Below, in pieces: positions 9,498-19,200 of a DNA stretch of 64,000 nt. The position numbers were made by a program, and so were the translations under genes. How positions within the stretch are numbered: position 1 is the stretch's first letter; the number at the start of each line of letters is the position of its first letter. Under the pieces are notes generated by a model, which worked only from the letters and a program-made list of their open reading frames with translations, ran no database searches and had not been told where the DNA came from. Source of the DNA: an uncultured archaeon (GTDB lineage: Archaea > Asgardarchaeota > Lokiarchaeia > Sigyniarchaeales > SOKP01); NCBI GenBank assembly GCA_964525635.1, contig CAZGJX010000005.1:9543-73542 (forward strand), written 5' to 3'.

Positions 9498-10070
9498 ATG
9501 ATTAGATCCTTTATTGCTTTTGATCTCGAAAACAAGACAACTATTAAGAAAATTGATATTTTTTCAGAACGAATAAAAGAATTTCAACAAGGTGTAAAAC
9601 TGGTAAAACCCGAGAATATCCATCTGACTATGAAATTCCTTGGAGAAATAAAAGAATCAGTCGCTTCAAAAATCTATAAAATTATAGATAAAGAAATTAA
9701 TGAAGAATTTTTTTCTGATAAACCTATTATTTACAATCTGAAGGGTGTTGGGAATTTCAAGAATTTTTCAATAATTTGGATAAAAATAGAAGGAAATAAT
9801 GAATTATTGCAACAAATTAAGAATATAATTGAAGAAGAACTTTACAAGCAATTAAAAATTAAAAAGGATGAACGCCAACAATTTAATCCCCATATAACAA
9901 TTGCAAGATTGAATAGAAAGAAAATAAATTATAGAACTTTCAATGATTTCAAAGAAGAAATTAAACAAAATAAAAATAAAGATTTTGGAGAGTTCTATAT
10001 AAAAAAAATAAAACTGAAAAAATCAGTTCTTACACCTAAAGGTCCTATATACACTGATTTAGTTTATTAA
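9498..10070 (+). CDS. thpR: RNA 2',3'-cyclic phosphodiesterase (2H family, ThpR/LigT)
   Basis: RSFIA N-terminus, two HxT motifs (HLTMKFLG, PHITIAR) and C-terminal SVLTPKGPIY. Confidence 0.92.
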   Translation: MIRSFIAFDLENKTTIKKIDIFSERIKEFQQGVKLVKPENIHLTMKFLGEIKESVASKIYKIIDKEINEEFFSDKPIIYNLKGVGNFKNFSIIWIKIEGNNELLQQIKNIIEEELYKQLKIKKDERQQFNPHITIARLNRKKINYRTFNDFKEEIKQNKNKDFGEFYIKKIKLKKSVLTPKGPIYTDLVY

Positions 10071-10119
10071 ATGAAAAAAAATAGATTAAAAGCAATAGTC
10101 TGGGATTTAGATGTTACAA

Positions 10120-10420
10120 TTATTTATTTAAATATTTATGAATTTCTTTATCTAATTTACTTTTTACAGAATCTAAACCTTCGACTACAATTCTTCTTAC
10201 TTTATTATAATTTTTGAAGACTTTATGTAATTTATACTCTTGTGAGACTGTTGGATGCAGTCTAAATTTGATAGTTTGCCTCATTTATATATATAAGTGG
10301 AGTATAGGTATTTAAATAAAGAATAAAGATAAAAATAAAAAGATGAAGAGTGCAAACAATTTTTGATTTTTATCTTTATTTATAAGAATTTATATAATTT
10401 CAGCGAACTGTTGATACAAT
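10120..10420 (-). mobile_element. IS200/IS605-family remnant: 5' end of tnpB with upstream TATA-like box and AT-rich hairpin
   Basis: Minus-strand ORF 10284-10120 begins MRQTIKFRLHPTVSQEYKL (TnpB/OrfB N-terminal pattern). TTTAAATA lies about 25 nt upstream. A 15-bp inverted repeat sits at 10322-10336 / 10366-10380. The boundaries are approximate. Confidence 0.65.
10123..10194 (-). repeat. 72-bp perfect inverted copy of 12570-12641 (3' end of the HIT gene)
   Basis: 10123-10194 is the exact reverse complement of AGAATTGTAGTCGAAGG...ATTTAAATAAA at 12570-12641. Confidence 0.95.
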
Positions 10421-10736
10421 ATATATATGTAAAAAACTTAAACTACTCCCAAATGAAATTATTGTAATTGGTGATACATCTCATGATATAGAATGTGCGT
10501 TAAGTGTTGGAGCTAAATCAATTGCAATTAAATGTGAAAAAACTAAATTCTTTGAAAGGGATATGTTCCAATATGCAAATCTTGTAATTGAACAAAGGGA
10601 TATTCCCCATGATCTAATTAACACAATAAAAACTTTTCTTTAAAAATATTAAAAACATTTTTAAGTAAATTATAGTAATATTGATATATTTTTAATATAT
10701 TATTTAAGATAATAAATTGAAGATTTAATGAACTAA

Positions 10737-11015
10737 ATGATAAAAACTAAATATAACTTAGATGTTTTAAAACCGCATCATCCGAGTAGTGATATGGTCG
10801 CTCGTGCTTTATTACAAATTGAGGGAGCTAAGGCGGTTAAAGTAAGTGTTGATGAATTAGATCAAAAAACAGCCTCTTTACATATTGAAATAGAGGGAAT
10901 TGATTTAAATCTTGATTTAATTTCTGAAACATTAGAAGAGTTAAACTGTGCATTGCATTCTGTAGATGAGGTTATATGCGAAAAAATAACGGATGAACAA
11001 AATTCCATTATCTAA
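10737..11015 (+). CDS. DUF211-family protein
   Basis: LDVLKPHHP...V.ELD..T..L.IEIEG...CALHSVDEV signature. Confidence 0.85.
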   Translation: MIKTKYNLDVLKPHHPSSDMVARALLQIEGAKAVKVSVDELDQKTASLHIEIEGIDLNLDLISETLEELNCALHSVDEVICEKITDEQNSII

Positions 11016-11119
11016 TATGATATTATTCAAATGTTAGAACCAAAGATTTAAACCTTTGAAGTAATAAAAAAATTATATATTAATTAATAAAATTATTTTT
11101 AAATTATACTTAATAAAAA

Positions 11120-11473
11120 ATGTCTGCTCCAAAAATATTAAATGTAATACAGGAAAAAGGTGAAATTTCAGACGAATTGGATTATGCTTTAATGAAATAT
11201 CTATTACAAAATCGAGGTTCTGGATATACTCCTTGTCAACCTAAATTAGTAGAACTTGAGGATGGAACAAAAGCAATTAAATTAAGCATTGATAATACTT
11301 TCGTTGGAAAAGACAATCAATTAATGGGTTTAGGGATCGTTGGAACTATTTTTGTTAATATGGATAATTTTAATGTAATTTATGCAACCACAAAGGAAGA
11401 ATTAGAAAGTAATATTCTAAAATTAGAAAAGGCAGGAATAAAGCCTCAACCAAGACCTCACGGAAAATACTAG
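11120..11473 (+). CDS. Hypothetical protein
   Basis: 117-aa ORF with host-like codon usage in a co-oriented gene run; no recognised motif. Confidence 0.75.
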   Translation: MSAPKILNVIQEKGEISDELDYALMKYLLQNRGSGYTPCQPKLVELEDGTKAIKLSIDNTFVGKDNQLMGLGIVGTIFVNMDNFNVIYATTKEELESNILKLEKAGIKPQPRPHGKY

Positions 11474-11550
11474 ATATAGAAAAGAATATTTTTTTGATTT
11501 TTAAATAAAAAATTTAATTTCCAATCTTAATTTTTAAATTATTGATATTA

Positions 11551-12093
11551 ATGAATAAAACTATAAATATCCTCGAAGAGTCAATAAGAGAATATCTATT
11601 AGATGAAGGACTATTACAAAATTCAATAAATGATTCAAAAATAAAATTTGGATTTCAATTTACTTTTCCACCCCTCTCAAAGCAATCTTTACAAAAAAGT
11701 AATTCTATGATAGTGTTCCAACCTCAAAATAAAGATTTACTAATTGTATCCATAGGAACACAAATTACAAAACCTTACATTAATGCTCTTAAAAAAAGTA
11801 AAGATGGAGAAGTAAATTTTCTAATGGAATTAAAGAAGTTATTTCTAATAAAGAATGTCTTCTTTAGACTAGATAAAGATAATTATAGATATGAAATTAG
11901 CGATCAGGTCTTTATCAATCAACATGAAATAATATCAAAAAATAATTTTTTTGTTATAATAAGGAATCTATATAATGTTTATGCTTATAGTAATTTACTT
12001 TTAAGTGATTATTGTACTATTAAAATAAATCCAAATGATCTTAGTAGAACTCAGAGATTTAACACAAGCCCAGGATTTAATTTATATACATAA
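11551..12093 (+). CDS. DUF2299-like protein
   Basis: IREYLLDEGL...FQFTFPP...VFQP..KD...I.....I pattern. The ATG at 11551 is preferred over the TTG at 11542. Confidence 0.65.
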   Translation: MNKTINILEESIREYLLDEGLLQNSINDSKIKFGFQFTFPPLSKQSLQKSNSMIVFQPQNKDLLIVSIGTQITKPYINALKKSKDGEVNFLMELKKLFLIKNVFFRLDKDNYRYEISDQVFINQHEIISKNNFFVIIRNLYNVYAYSNLLLSDYCTIKINPNDLSRTQRFNTSPGFNLYT

Positions 12094-12143
12094 GTAATTA
12101 TTTAAATTTATAATACAATAACTTAATTTAATTATAAAGAGAA

Positions 12144-12662
12144 ATGTTTAATAAATGGCTTCAAGCTTTAGATAAACTTGAATATGTACAAGGTAAAAAT
12201 AGACCAATTGTTGACTGTATCTTATGTGCAGTTAGAGATAATGATGAAAAAGTAGTCTCTTTAAAAATTTATGAAGATAGTATTAATTATGTATCGCTTA
12301 ATTTATTTCCATACAATCCTGCACATTTATTAGTTGTAATAAACCGTCACATAATAAATTTTACGGATTTAATGAAAAATGAATTAATCCATATTTTTCG
12401 AACAATTCAAGGTTTACAATTGTTACTTAATGATTTATATTCTCCTAAAGGATATAATATTGGGATGAATCAAGGAAAAAGCTCAGGAGGAAGTATTGAA
12501 CATTTGCATTTTCACGTAGTACCTAGATTTGGTTCTGAACTTGGTTTTATTGATATAATTGGTAAGACGAGAATTGTAGTCGAAGGTTTAGATTCTGTAA
12601 AAAGTAAATTAGATAAAGAAATTCATAAATATTTAAATAAAGCTTTCTTTAAAGATTTCTGA
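12144..12662 (+). CDS. HIT-family hydrolase (Ap4A hydrolase/FHIT-like)
   Basis: CILC, LNLFPYNPAHLLV, GYNIGMNQG and the histidine triad HLHFHVVPR. Confidence 0.92.
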   Translation: MFNKWLQALDKLEYVQGKNRPIVDCILCAVRDNDEKVVSLKIYEDSINYVSLNLFPYNPAHLLVVINRHIINFTDLMKNELIHIFRTIQGLQLLLNDLYSPKGYNIGMNQGKSSGGSIEHLHFHVVPRFGSELGFIDIIGKTRIVVEGLDSVKSKLDKEIHKYLNKAFFKDF

Positions 12663-12784
12663 TTGATCCTCTTCTTATTATAATTCTTAATCCAGTTTTC
12701 TTTAAAGAATAATCATTAGTTCTTTAATTATTTTCAAAAGAGAAATATATTTTTACTATTTATTTAAAATATTAGAATTATTCT

Positions 12785-12817
12785 AAAAAGAAAAATTAAA
12801 AAAAAAAAATAAAAAAA
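12785..12817 (-). terminator. Oligo-T archaeal terminator after the histone gene
   Basis: Long T runs on the minus strand begin about 10 nt after the stop codon. Confidence 0.55.
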
Positions 12818-12827
12818 CTGCTAATTA

Positions 12828-13052
12828 TTAATAAGAGCCTCTTGTTGCTTCACGAATATCAGCAGCGGTAATTCTTTTTCTCTTATCTTTTTTGGTTATT
12901 TTAATTGCGTCTTTTGTTGCATTAGCAGCATTTTTTTCTAAAAAGTTAATTAATTTATCTAGAGCATCTGCAGCAACTAAATCAGCCCCTTCTCTTTTCA
13001 TTAACCTTCGAATAGGTGCTTTAGCAATATAACCTTCTGCTTTTTTAGCCAT
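12828..13052 (-). CDS. Archaeal histone (HMf-like) with a short basic N-terminal extension
   Basis: Histone fold APIRRLMK..GA..V...A...L...A......RKRI...DI. Confidence 0.93.
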   Translation of the reverse strand: MAKKAEGYIAKAPIRRLMKREGADLVAADALDKLINFLEKNAANATKDAIKITKKDKRKRITAADIREATRGSY

Positions 13053-13061
13053 AATTTTATT

Positions 13062-13066
13062 CCTCC
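13062..13066 (-). promoter_or_regulatory. Shine-Dalgarno motif (GGAGG) of the histone gene
   Basis: GGAGG lies 9 nt upstream of the ATG at 13052. Confidence 0.7.
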
Positions 13067-13662
13067 ACTAATTTTTTAAATTAATTTTTATAAATTTAAT
13101 TTAGTTCTTAATTATATCTACACATTTCTATTATATAAATGTTATGATTCGAAATGATATATTTATGAATCTAAGTAGATTTATTTGACGATTGAAATAT
13201 TATCTTAATATATCATTGACCGACAAAAAACTAATAAAAAGTAAATTTTTATTTTTTATTTTAGTTAATTTGACTATTTTTATAGAGAATTCTTCTTCTC
13301 TGTATAAATTTATCTATAATTTTTTCATATTTTAAACGTATATGAATAATAATATTAAAATATTAATAAAATACTTTTTTTTTTTTAAAATTCTTATCTT
13401 TATTTTTCTCTCCTTGAAACCTATAATAATTTAAGAATTTTCTCATAATATTTATAAAAGATAACGCAAAAAAGAAATAATATATTTGATTCTATTATTT
13501 TAATTATAATTATCTTAATAATCTTAATAAAAAAACATATCAAGATGATATTATTCAAAAATATATTGAATGTTTTTTAGACTTAAATTTAAAAAATTAG
13601 AAATTATATATCAATAAGCAATCATTAGTCAATAAATAATAAATAAAGAAGTGAGTTAGTCT

Positions 13663-14505
13663 CTGATTAGCAATAGTAAGATAGAAAAAGAATTTAATGA
13701 ATCTGAGATAGAAGAAGCATTACAAGAACTAAATTTTACCAAAAATGATTCAAAAGTATTCCTTACACTTGCTAAGTATAAAGTTTTATCGCCTGCTGAC
13801 ATTGCTCGTCATAGTAATGTTGATAGAGCAAGAGTATATGATTCTCTTAATCGACTAATGGAAAAAGGTTATATTAAAAAAGAACCTGTTAAAAGAGGAG
13901 CTAATTATCAAGTTATTGCTATTGATAAAATTTTTAAATCTATTCGTGAAGGATTTAAAAAAAAAATAGAAGAAACTATATTATTAGAAAAAGTGATTAG
14001 TGAATTACATGTTGATGAGGAGGAACCTGAACCAAGGGTCTGGGCAATTAACTCAAAAAAAAAAATTAGAAAAAAAATTAAACAACTTATTGATTCTGCT
14101 AAAAGAAGACTGTTCTTAATTATTACTCCTGACTTATTAATGGATGAACTAGGAGGGCATGAATGGCTTTTGAAAGAGATATGGAATAAAAAATTTTCTT
14201 CTGAAAAAATAAAAATTGTTATTGCTTTAAAATACTTTAATACTCTGAAAGAAGAGATAAAAAAATTACTTAAAATTCAAATACAGGTCCATTCAATTGA
14301 GGGAGATAATGTAATTCCCTTTGGTTTATTAATAGCTGATAATGATTTTCTTTTAACCACATTAGACCAAGTAAAGGAAGCACCAGAATACACATCAGGA
14401 ATCTGGTTAGAGGACGGAAATGACAAACAGATCTTAGGCTACGAGCACCTGTTCAAGCATTTCATCGGTTCTGAGTGCAAGGAGATTATATTGACATTAA
14501 GGTAA
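13663..14505 (+). CDS. TrmB-family transcriptional regulator (N-terminal wHTH plus PLD-like effector domain)
   Basis: The frame upstream of the track start (13858) encodes LQELNFTKNDSKVFLTL...SPADIARHSNVDRARVYDSLNRLMEKG, the TrmB HTH. It is open back to TAG 13657-13659, so the start is probably CTG 13663. Confidence 0.85.
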   Translation: MISNSKIEKEFNESEIEEALQELNFTKNDSKVFLTLAKYKVLSPADIARHSNVDRARVYDSLNRLMEKGYIKKEPVKRGANYQVIAIDKIFKSIREGFKKKIEETILLEKVISELHVDEEEPEPRVWAINSKKKIRKKIKQLIDSAKRRLFLIITPDLLMDELGGHEWLLKEIWNKKFSSEKIKIVIALKYFNTLKEEIKKLLKIQIQVHSIEGDNVIPFGLLIADNDFLLTTLDQVKEAPEYTSGIWLEDGNDKQILGYEHLFKHFIGSECKEIILTLR

Positions 14506-14692
14506 GAAAATAAATGAATTCTGGTAATTCCCCTTAATTCTCTATTATTTTTCTAAGTGGAAAAACAGTTAAAAAAAAATTTTTAAAAAAATACTATTTT
14601 AAGCTGAAAGAGATGAAAATAATAATATAGAATAAGTTGCTTAAGTTTAGCTAGAACTATCTTTTTAGAGAAAAATAGAAGGCGTTTTAAAG

Positions 14693-16222
14693 TCAATTTA
14701 TTTTAAGGGAAGGAATGTCTTTTAAAGATTGAGGAATTTTTTTTATTTTATTTCTTGCTATAGTTAATTCTTTTAATTTTAGTAAATTTCCGAAGGAATC
14801 TGGGAGATCTTCTATACTGTTATCTCTTAGACCTAAGAATTCTAAATTTTTAATCTCTCCAATTGATTCTGGTATTTTTCTTAATAATTTATTTTCTTGT
14901 AAGCTGAGACGCTTTAAATTTTTCAATTTACCTATATTAGAAGGAATCTTATTGATTTTATTATATCCTAAAAATAATTGCTCTAGATTTATTAAATCTA
15001 ATATAAATAATGGAAATATAGAAAGGTTATTATGACTTAAAGAAAGAAAATTTAAAGAAGTTAAATTTAAGAGATTTGGTAAGACTTCTAATTGATTATC
15101 ATCTAGATGTAATTCTTTTAGATTGGGGAGGTTATTTATTGACTGAGGAATCTTGTTTAACTTATTCCTACTTAAATTGAGAATTTCGAGGGATTTTAAA
15201 TTTCCGATGGTCTCAGGAATGTGGCTTATTTCGCATAAACTTAAATCGAGGTATTTTAACTGTGTTAAGTCTCCAAGAGATTTAGGAATTGAAACTTGAT
15301 ACTTACCAGAAAAATGGCTTAATTTTGCATTCTGAAGGTGCACATCTAAAACCTGCAATAACTTACATTTATTTATCCATTCAGGCACTTTAATAAGCTC
15401 ATTCTCACTAGCATCAAGCTCTTTAAGACGGAAATGAAGTATTTCTTTAGGTAATTCAGTAAGATATAATTTGCTCAAATCAAGCTTTCCTTTATTTACC
15501 ATTTTCGCGAGGACATCGATTTTCTCAGCTTTGGACAAGCGGAAAAATAGCTTCATTAACCAGTGTCTAGTTAGATATAAGTCTTTATGTCTGAGTAACG
15601 GTTTTAAGTCGAACAGATGAAGGATAACAGGTCTATGGAGTTCAGGACTTAAAAGGTCCAGAGCTCCTTCATGTAGCAATACAGCAATCATATCTATGTC
15701 GTTTCCCTCAAAAAAGCGTAGTAGAAGGGTGTCTTTTTGTTCTTGAGTGAGGTAGTTAAGAAATTTGCGCACTAAAAGATATTTAACAACATTTTTGCTT
15801 CTACTTTCGAACCTTCTGACAATCTCTTGCGGGAATTTAATTTTGGCCTTAGGGTCGCCGACGTCAACGAGTTTTCTCAGGAGTGGGAAGGCGAGATTGC
15901 TGTGGAGGAGGCGAGTATCGTAATCATGTTCGGCCCACACTTGGAGATTTGAGCAGTGAGCCCAGAATTCAACTTGAGGGGGTATTTTAACGGTGGTCTC
16001 TTTTGGTCGTTCTAGAATTGAGTTGAGGTGCTCCTTCGCATCGTCGATGGAGTCAATTTTTTCGAATTCTTCAATCTTATTGGCGGGTATCGACAAAAGC
16101 AGGTATTTACACTGTAGAAACCTTTCATTATTTACAAATATGACTGTTTTTCCATCTCTGAGCTTTAAGGTGATAAATTCATTTATTTTAAATTCTGGCG
16201 AGGGTGGAATATATACAGTCAT
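14693..16222 (-). CDS. Leucine-rich repeat protein with a Lokiarchaeia-type N-terminal domain
   Basis: N-terminal FKINEFITLKL...QCKYLLL...EFWAHCSNLQVW...LLHSNLAFPLLRKL...GDP, followed by about 11 LxxLxLxxNxLxxLP repeats. Confidence 0.9.
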   Translation of the reverse strand: MTVYIPPSPEFKINEFITLKLRDGKTVIFVNNERFLQCKYLLLSIPANKIEEFEKIDSIDDAKEHLNSILERPKETTVKIPPQVEFWAHCSNLQVWAEHDYDTRLLHSNLAFPLLRKLVDVGDPKAKIKFPQEIVRRFESRSKNVVKYLLVRKFLNYLTQEQKDTLLLRFFEGNDIDMIAVLLHEGALDLLSPELHRPVILHLFDLKPLLRHKDLYLTRHWLMKLFFRLSKAEKIDVLAKMVNKGKLDLSKLYLTELPKEILHFRLKELDASENELIKVPEWINKCKLLQVLDVHLQNAKLSHFSGKYQVSIPKSLGDLTQLKYLDLSLCEISHIPETIGNLKSLEILNLSRNKLNKIPQSINNLPNLKELHLDDNQLEVLPNLLNLTSLNFLSLSHNNLSIFPLFILDLINLEQLFLGYNKINKIPSNIGKLKNLKRLSLQENKLLRKIPESIGEIKNLEFLGLRDNSIEDLPDSFGNLLKLKELTIARNKIKKIPQSLKDIPSLKIN

Positions 16223-16278
16223 TTCTATGATTACTATAAGTAATTTTCTTATTTAAATTATTGGAGAGTGAGGAATTT

Positions 16279-19200
16279 TTAAATTCTGAATATGGAATTC
16301 CATGCTTCAGCAAACTCCTTTAGTAATGGTAGGGTGTACTCGATATTCCCATAAAATTGAGGATAAGCCACATGAATTTTTCTCAACTCTCTCAAGCTTT
16401 TTTGAAGGTCGCTAATTAGATCATCGTATCCTCCAATATATTCAATTCCCCGTGGAGTAGGTCCTTCATTACCGCCAAATATTTCCGTCTTTTTAAACTG
16501 TCCACCGTAATAATCGATAAGGGTTATGAACAGATCCTGTTCCTTATGTGGGACTATTGCGAAAGAATCTCCTTGAAGGAATAAGCTCATAATCAAGCTA
16601 AGATCAAAATCTTTAATAGTCAATTTGTTTGCATCGACTTGATTTTCTTGTATTGTAAAGACCATATGGGGATCCGCATCGAAACGGCTATTCCAATAGT
16701 ATTTATCAAGGGTCCATCCAGAATCGCCGCTAAGTTTCCGAATTTGCTTATATGTTTTTTTATATTGCTCAATAATGTTGGTTAGCTTATTTGTATAACT
16801 TTTATCCTGAATAAATCCATCTTTACTTTTCTTTAAAGGCACTAAATATACAGTTCCATGGGTGATAGCAGCTTTAGCGATTAATGTTTGGAATGCTTTA
16901 ACAAAATTGATTATTTCTTCTTTTTGATAAGTTAATCGTGTATTGATGTTTTTATCTTGTTTTCCGATGGTTATTTTAATAAAGCTTGAGAGAAATTGAC
17001 CATCATCATAAAATAGGCTTGCTTCATGTCTGAAATGCTCATCTGTTAGATGGAGTACGAAGATATCATCCAACTGATTTGGATCAGGATCTAAGCTAAA
17101 GTCAAGAGGTGCTGGAAATCCTTTCTTATAAAGCAGAGCATTTTTAAATAGTTTTCTTATCTCGGGTCTTTTCCTAATATTTAAGATATAATCAAGGCGA
17201 TCTCGAACTATTGCTTCATAATATTTTTGATTATCTTTGAAGAATTTCTCTTCATTATCCTCTTTATTAAATTTTTTACCTACCTGACTGTTCCAAATCG
17301 TCATAAGTTTATCCAGTATGTTCGCCATAGCGCTGCACTGTATATCTTCTATTGAGGTGTCTGGACTCCACTCTTTATATTGAGCTGCTATTGTCTCTAT
17401 TAAATAGTCTGAATATTGATTGGCAGTAATTGGGTTGAATTCTCTATTCTTTTCTTCGGACGTCTCTAATAATTTATTATTTATGTCGGCAATTGAAGGA
17501 TTGGAGGAATCCCAAGTACTCGAATCTAGAATATTCATTGCGTCTATATATTTAGTATTTCCTGAGATTTCTATAGCGATTTTAACGCCTGCTATTACTG
17601 AACCTAAAAGATAATCTATATAATCATCCTTATATTTTGAATCTACATATTCCATGAGAAAGGAGAGCCTTTCTAGATTTTTTAAAATTAAATGATTTTT
17701 TCCTAAATTTTGATCTAAAATTTTTCTTTGAAGGGAGAGGGGGATAAGCACGCCATCCTTAAACATTGCGCTTCCTTCAAGCATTTTCAAATAGGTAATT
17801 CTTCCAAGTATTGCTACAACTAATCTATGTAACTTCTGAGCTTTTCCAAGAGTCTCATCAGTCCATTCATCTGTAAAACGATTGTTTTCTTCAAAGACAA
17901 AATTGTCTATTAATTTATCCATTTCTTTAAACTCAGGAGAGTCCTTTTTATTTTCTTTATACTTCTTTAATGTATCCCACATAATGGCCGTCCATTTTTT
18001 AACATCTTGCTTCCCATCAAACTTAAGATTCTCGATTAGGCGTTCTTTTCCTTTAAAATCATTGAAAAACATATTATCTGAGAGTGTATTGTAAATCTCT
18101 TCATAATTCTGAGGATCTAAGTTGTATGCTACTGTTTTTATTATATGATCCAAACGTTGTTCAACAATGTCCTTCTTTATATTATTCCAATCAGCATATT
18201 GTTGGTTTGTTATGTCTGTTGCGAAAATCTTTATAGTAGTTGATGTATAGTGGTATATATATCTAAATATTCCATTTCGGAATGCGATTGATTCTTGGTT
18301 GCTTTTCATATTTTTTGGAAAATTCTTATTTACATATTTTACGATAGAATCTGATTTTCTTGGGAGACTTTTATATTTTTCGAACAACCATGTCCTGTAA
18401 TCAAATTTGTGACCTTGCCATAAATACGTAGAAGTTAATTGGAATTCGAGGGAAATTGCGTTTTTAGTATTTCCAAATCCGCTATGTAAGAAAAGAATCG
18501 GTTGTATAGCACCCTCCATTCCCTCTTTATTCTTCTCTTTTTTCCATAGATTTTTATCTTCAAACCAATTTAGCCCTCTATCTTTGACATCTTTATCAAT
18601 AATTAGCCATCTGCTTTCTAATACATTGGAGTTCTCATCAGTGACCATGAACATCTGCGATATTTGCAGGGTATCTTTCTCGTCATAATAAGCATAACCT
18701 AAATGCCAGTCTGAAATATCTTGTCCTTTTGCTGGAGTATATTGACCTTTTTCATTGATTTCCATTCTTATAAATCGATTTATGATATCTTTTCCTTCTA
18801 GCTTAAAAGCCCATGCATAGGAACCATCCATCATTCCTGTTGTATCATCTATTTTAATATCATTTTTTCTATTAGTCACACTATTTTCTTTAATTTCTAA
18901 AGGTATTTCATCATATGGTAATTTTCTATTAGATGGATAATAAAATCCTAGCATATTATTAGAGGTAATTCCATATCGAGTTGTCTTAGTTTCTTTATCA
19001 AAATATTCTCCATAATAATCACTCATAGAATTATCAGTAGCGAGAATTTCAAGAAGATATTTTTTTAATTCCTTTTTTTCATTCCTAAAATCTTTAATCA
19101 GAGGCTTTCCTACTTGTTTTTCTTGTATTTCATTAAAGGTTGTTTCTATTTCTTGCCAATTTTTATCTTCCTCAATGAATTGTTTTAGTTTTAAGCGATA

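Larger units (their letters stand above)
10071..10643 (+). pseudogene. HAD-superfamily phosphatase pseudogene, central part replaced by foreign DNA
   Basis: N-terminus MKKNRLKAIVWDLDVT (motif I) starts at 10071. The C-terminal part ICKKLKLLPNEIIVIGDTSHDIECALSVGAKSIAI (motif IV) runs from about 10420 to the stop at 10643. The sequence between has stops and is unrelated. Confidence 0.8.

Noticed and set aside
10123-12641. 72-bp repeat pair as a diversity-generating retroelement TR/VR pair or a TnpB guide
   Set aside because: The copies are identical (no adenine-specific mismatches), there is no reverse transcriptase in the window, and the TnpB nuclease body and right end are missing.
13053-13650. 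600-bp very AT-rich gap as a possible ncRNA, origin or CRISPR leader
   Set aside because: I saw no repeat-spacer array, ORB-like repeats or GC-rich stem. It fits divergent promoters for the histone and trmB genes.
18230-18265. YHYTS as an ADP-ribosyltransferase motif in the giant tail
   Set aside because: A five-residue match in helical-looking context, with no supporting downstream motifs, is not enough.
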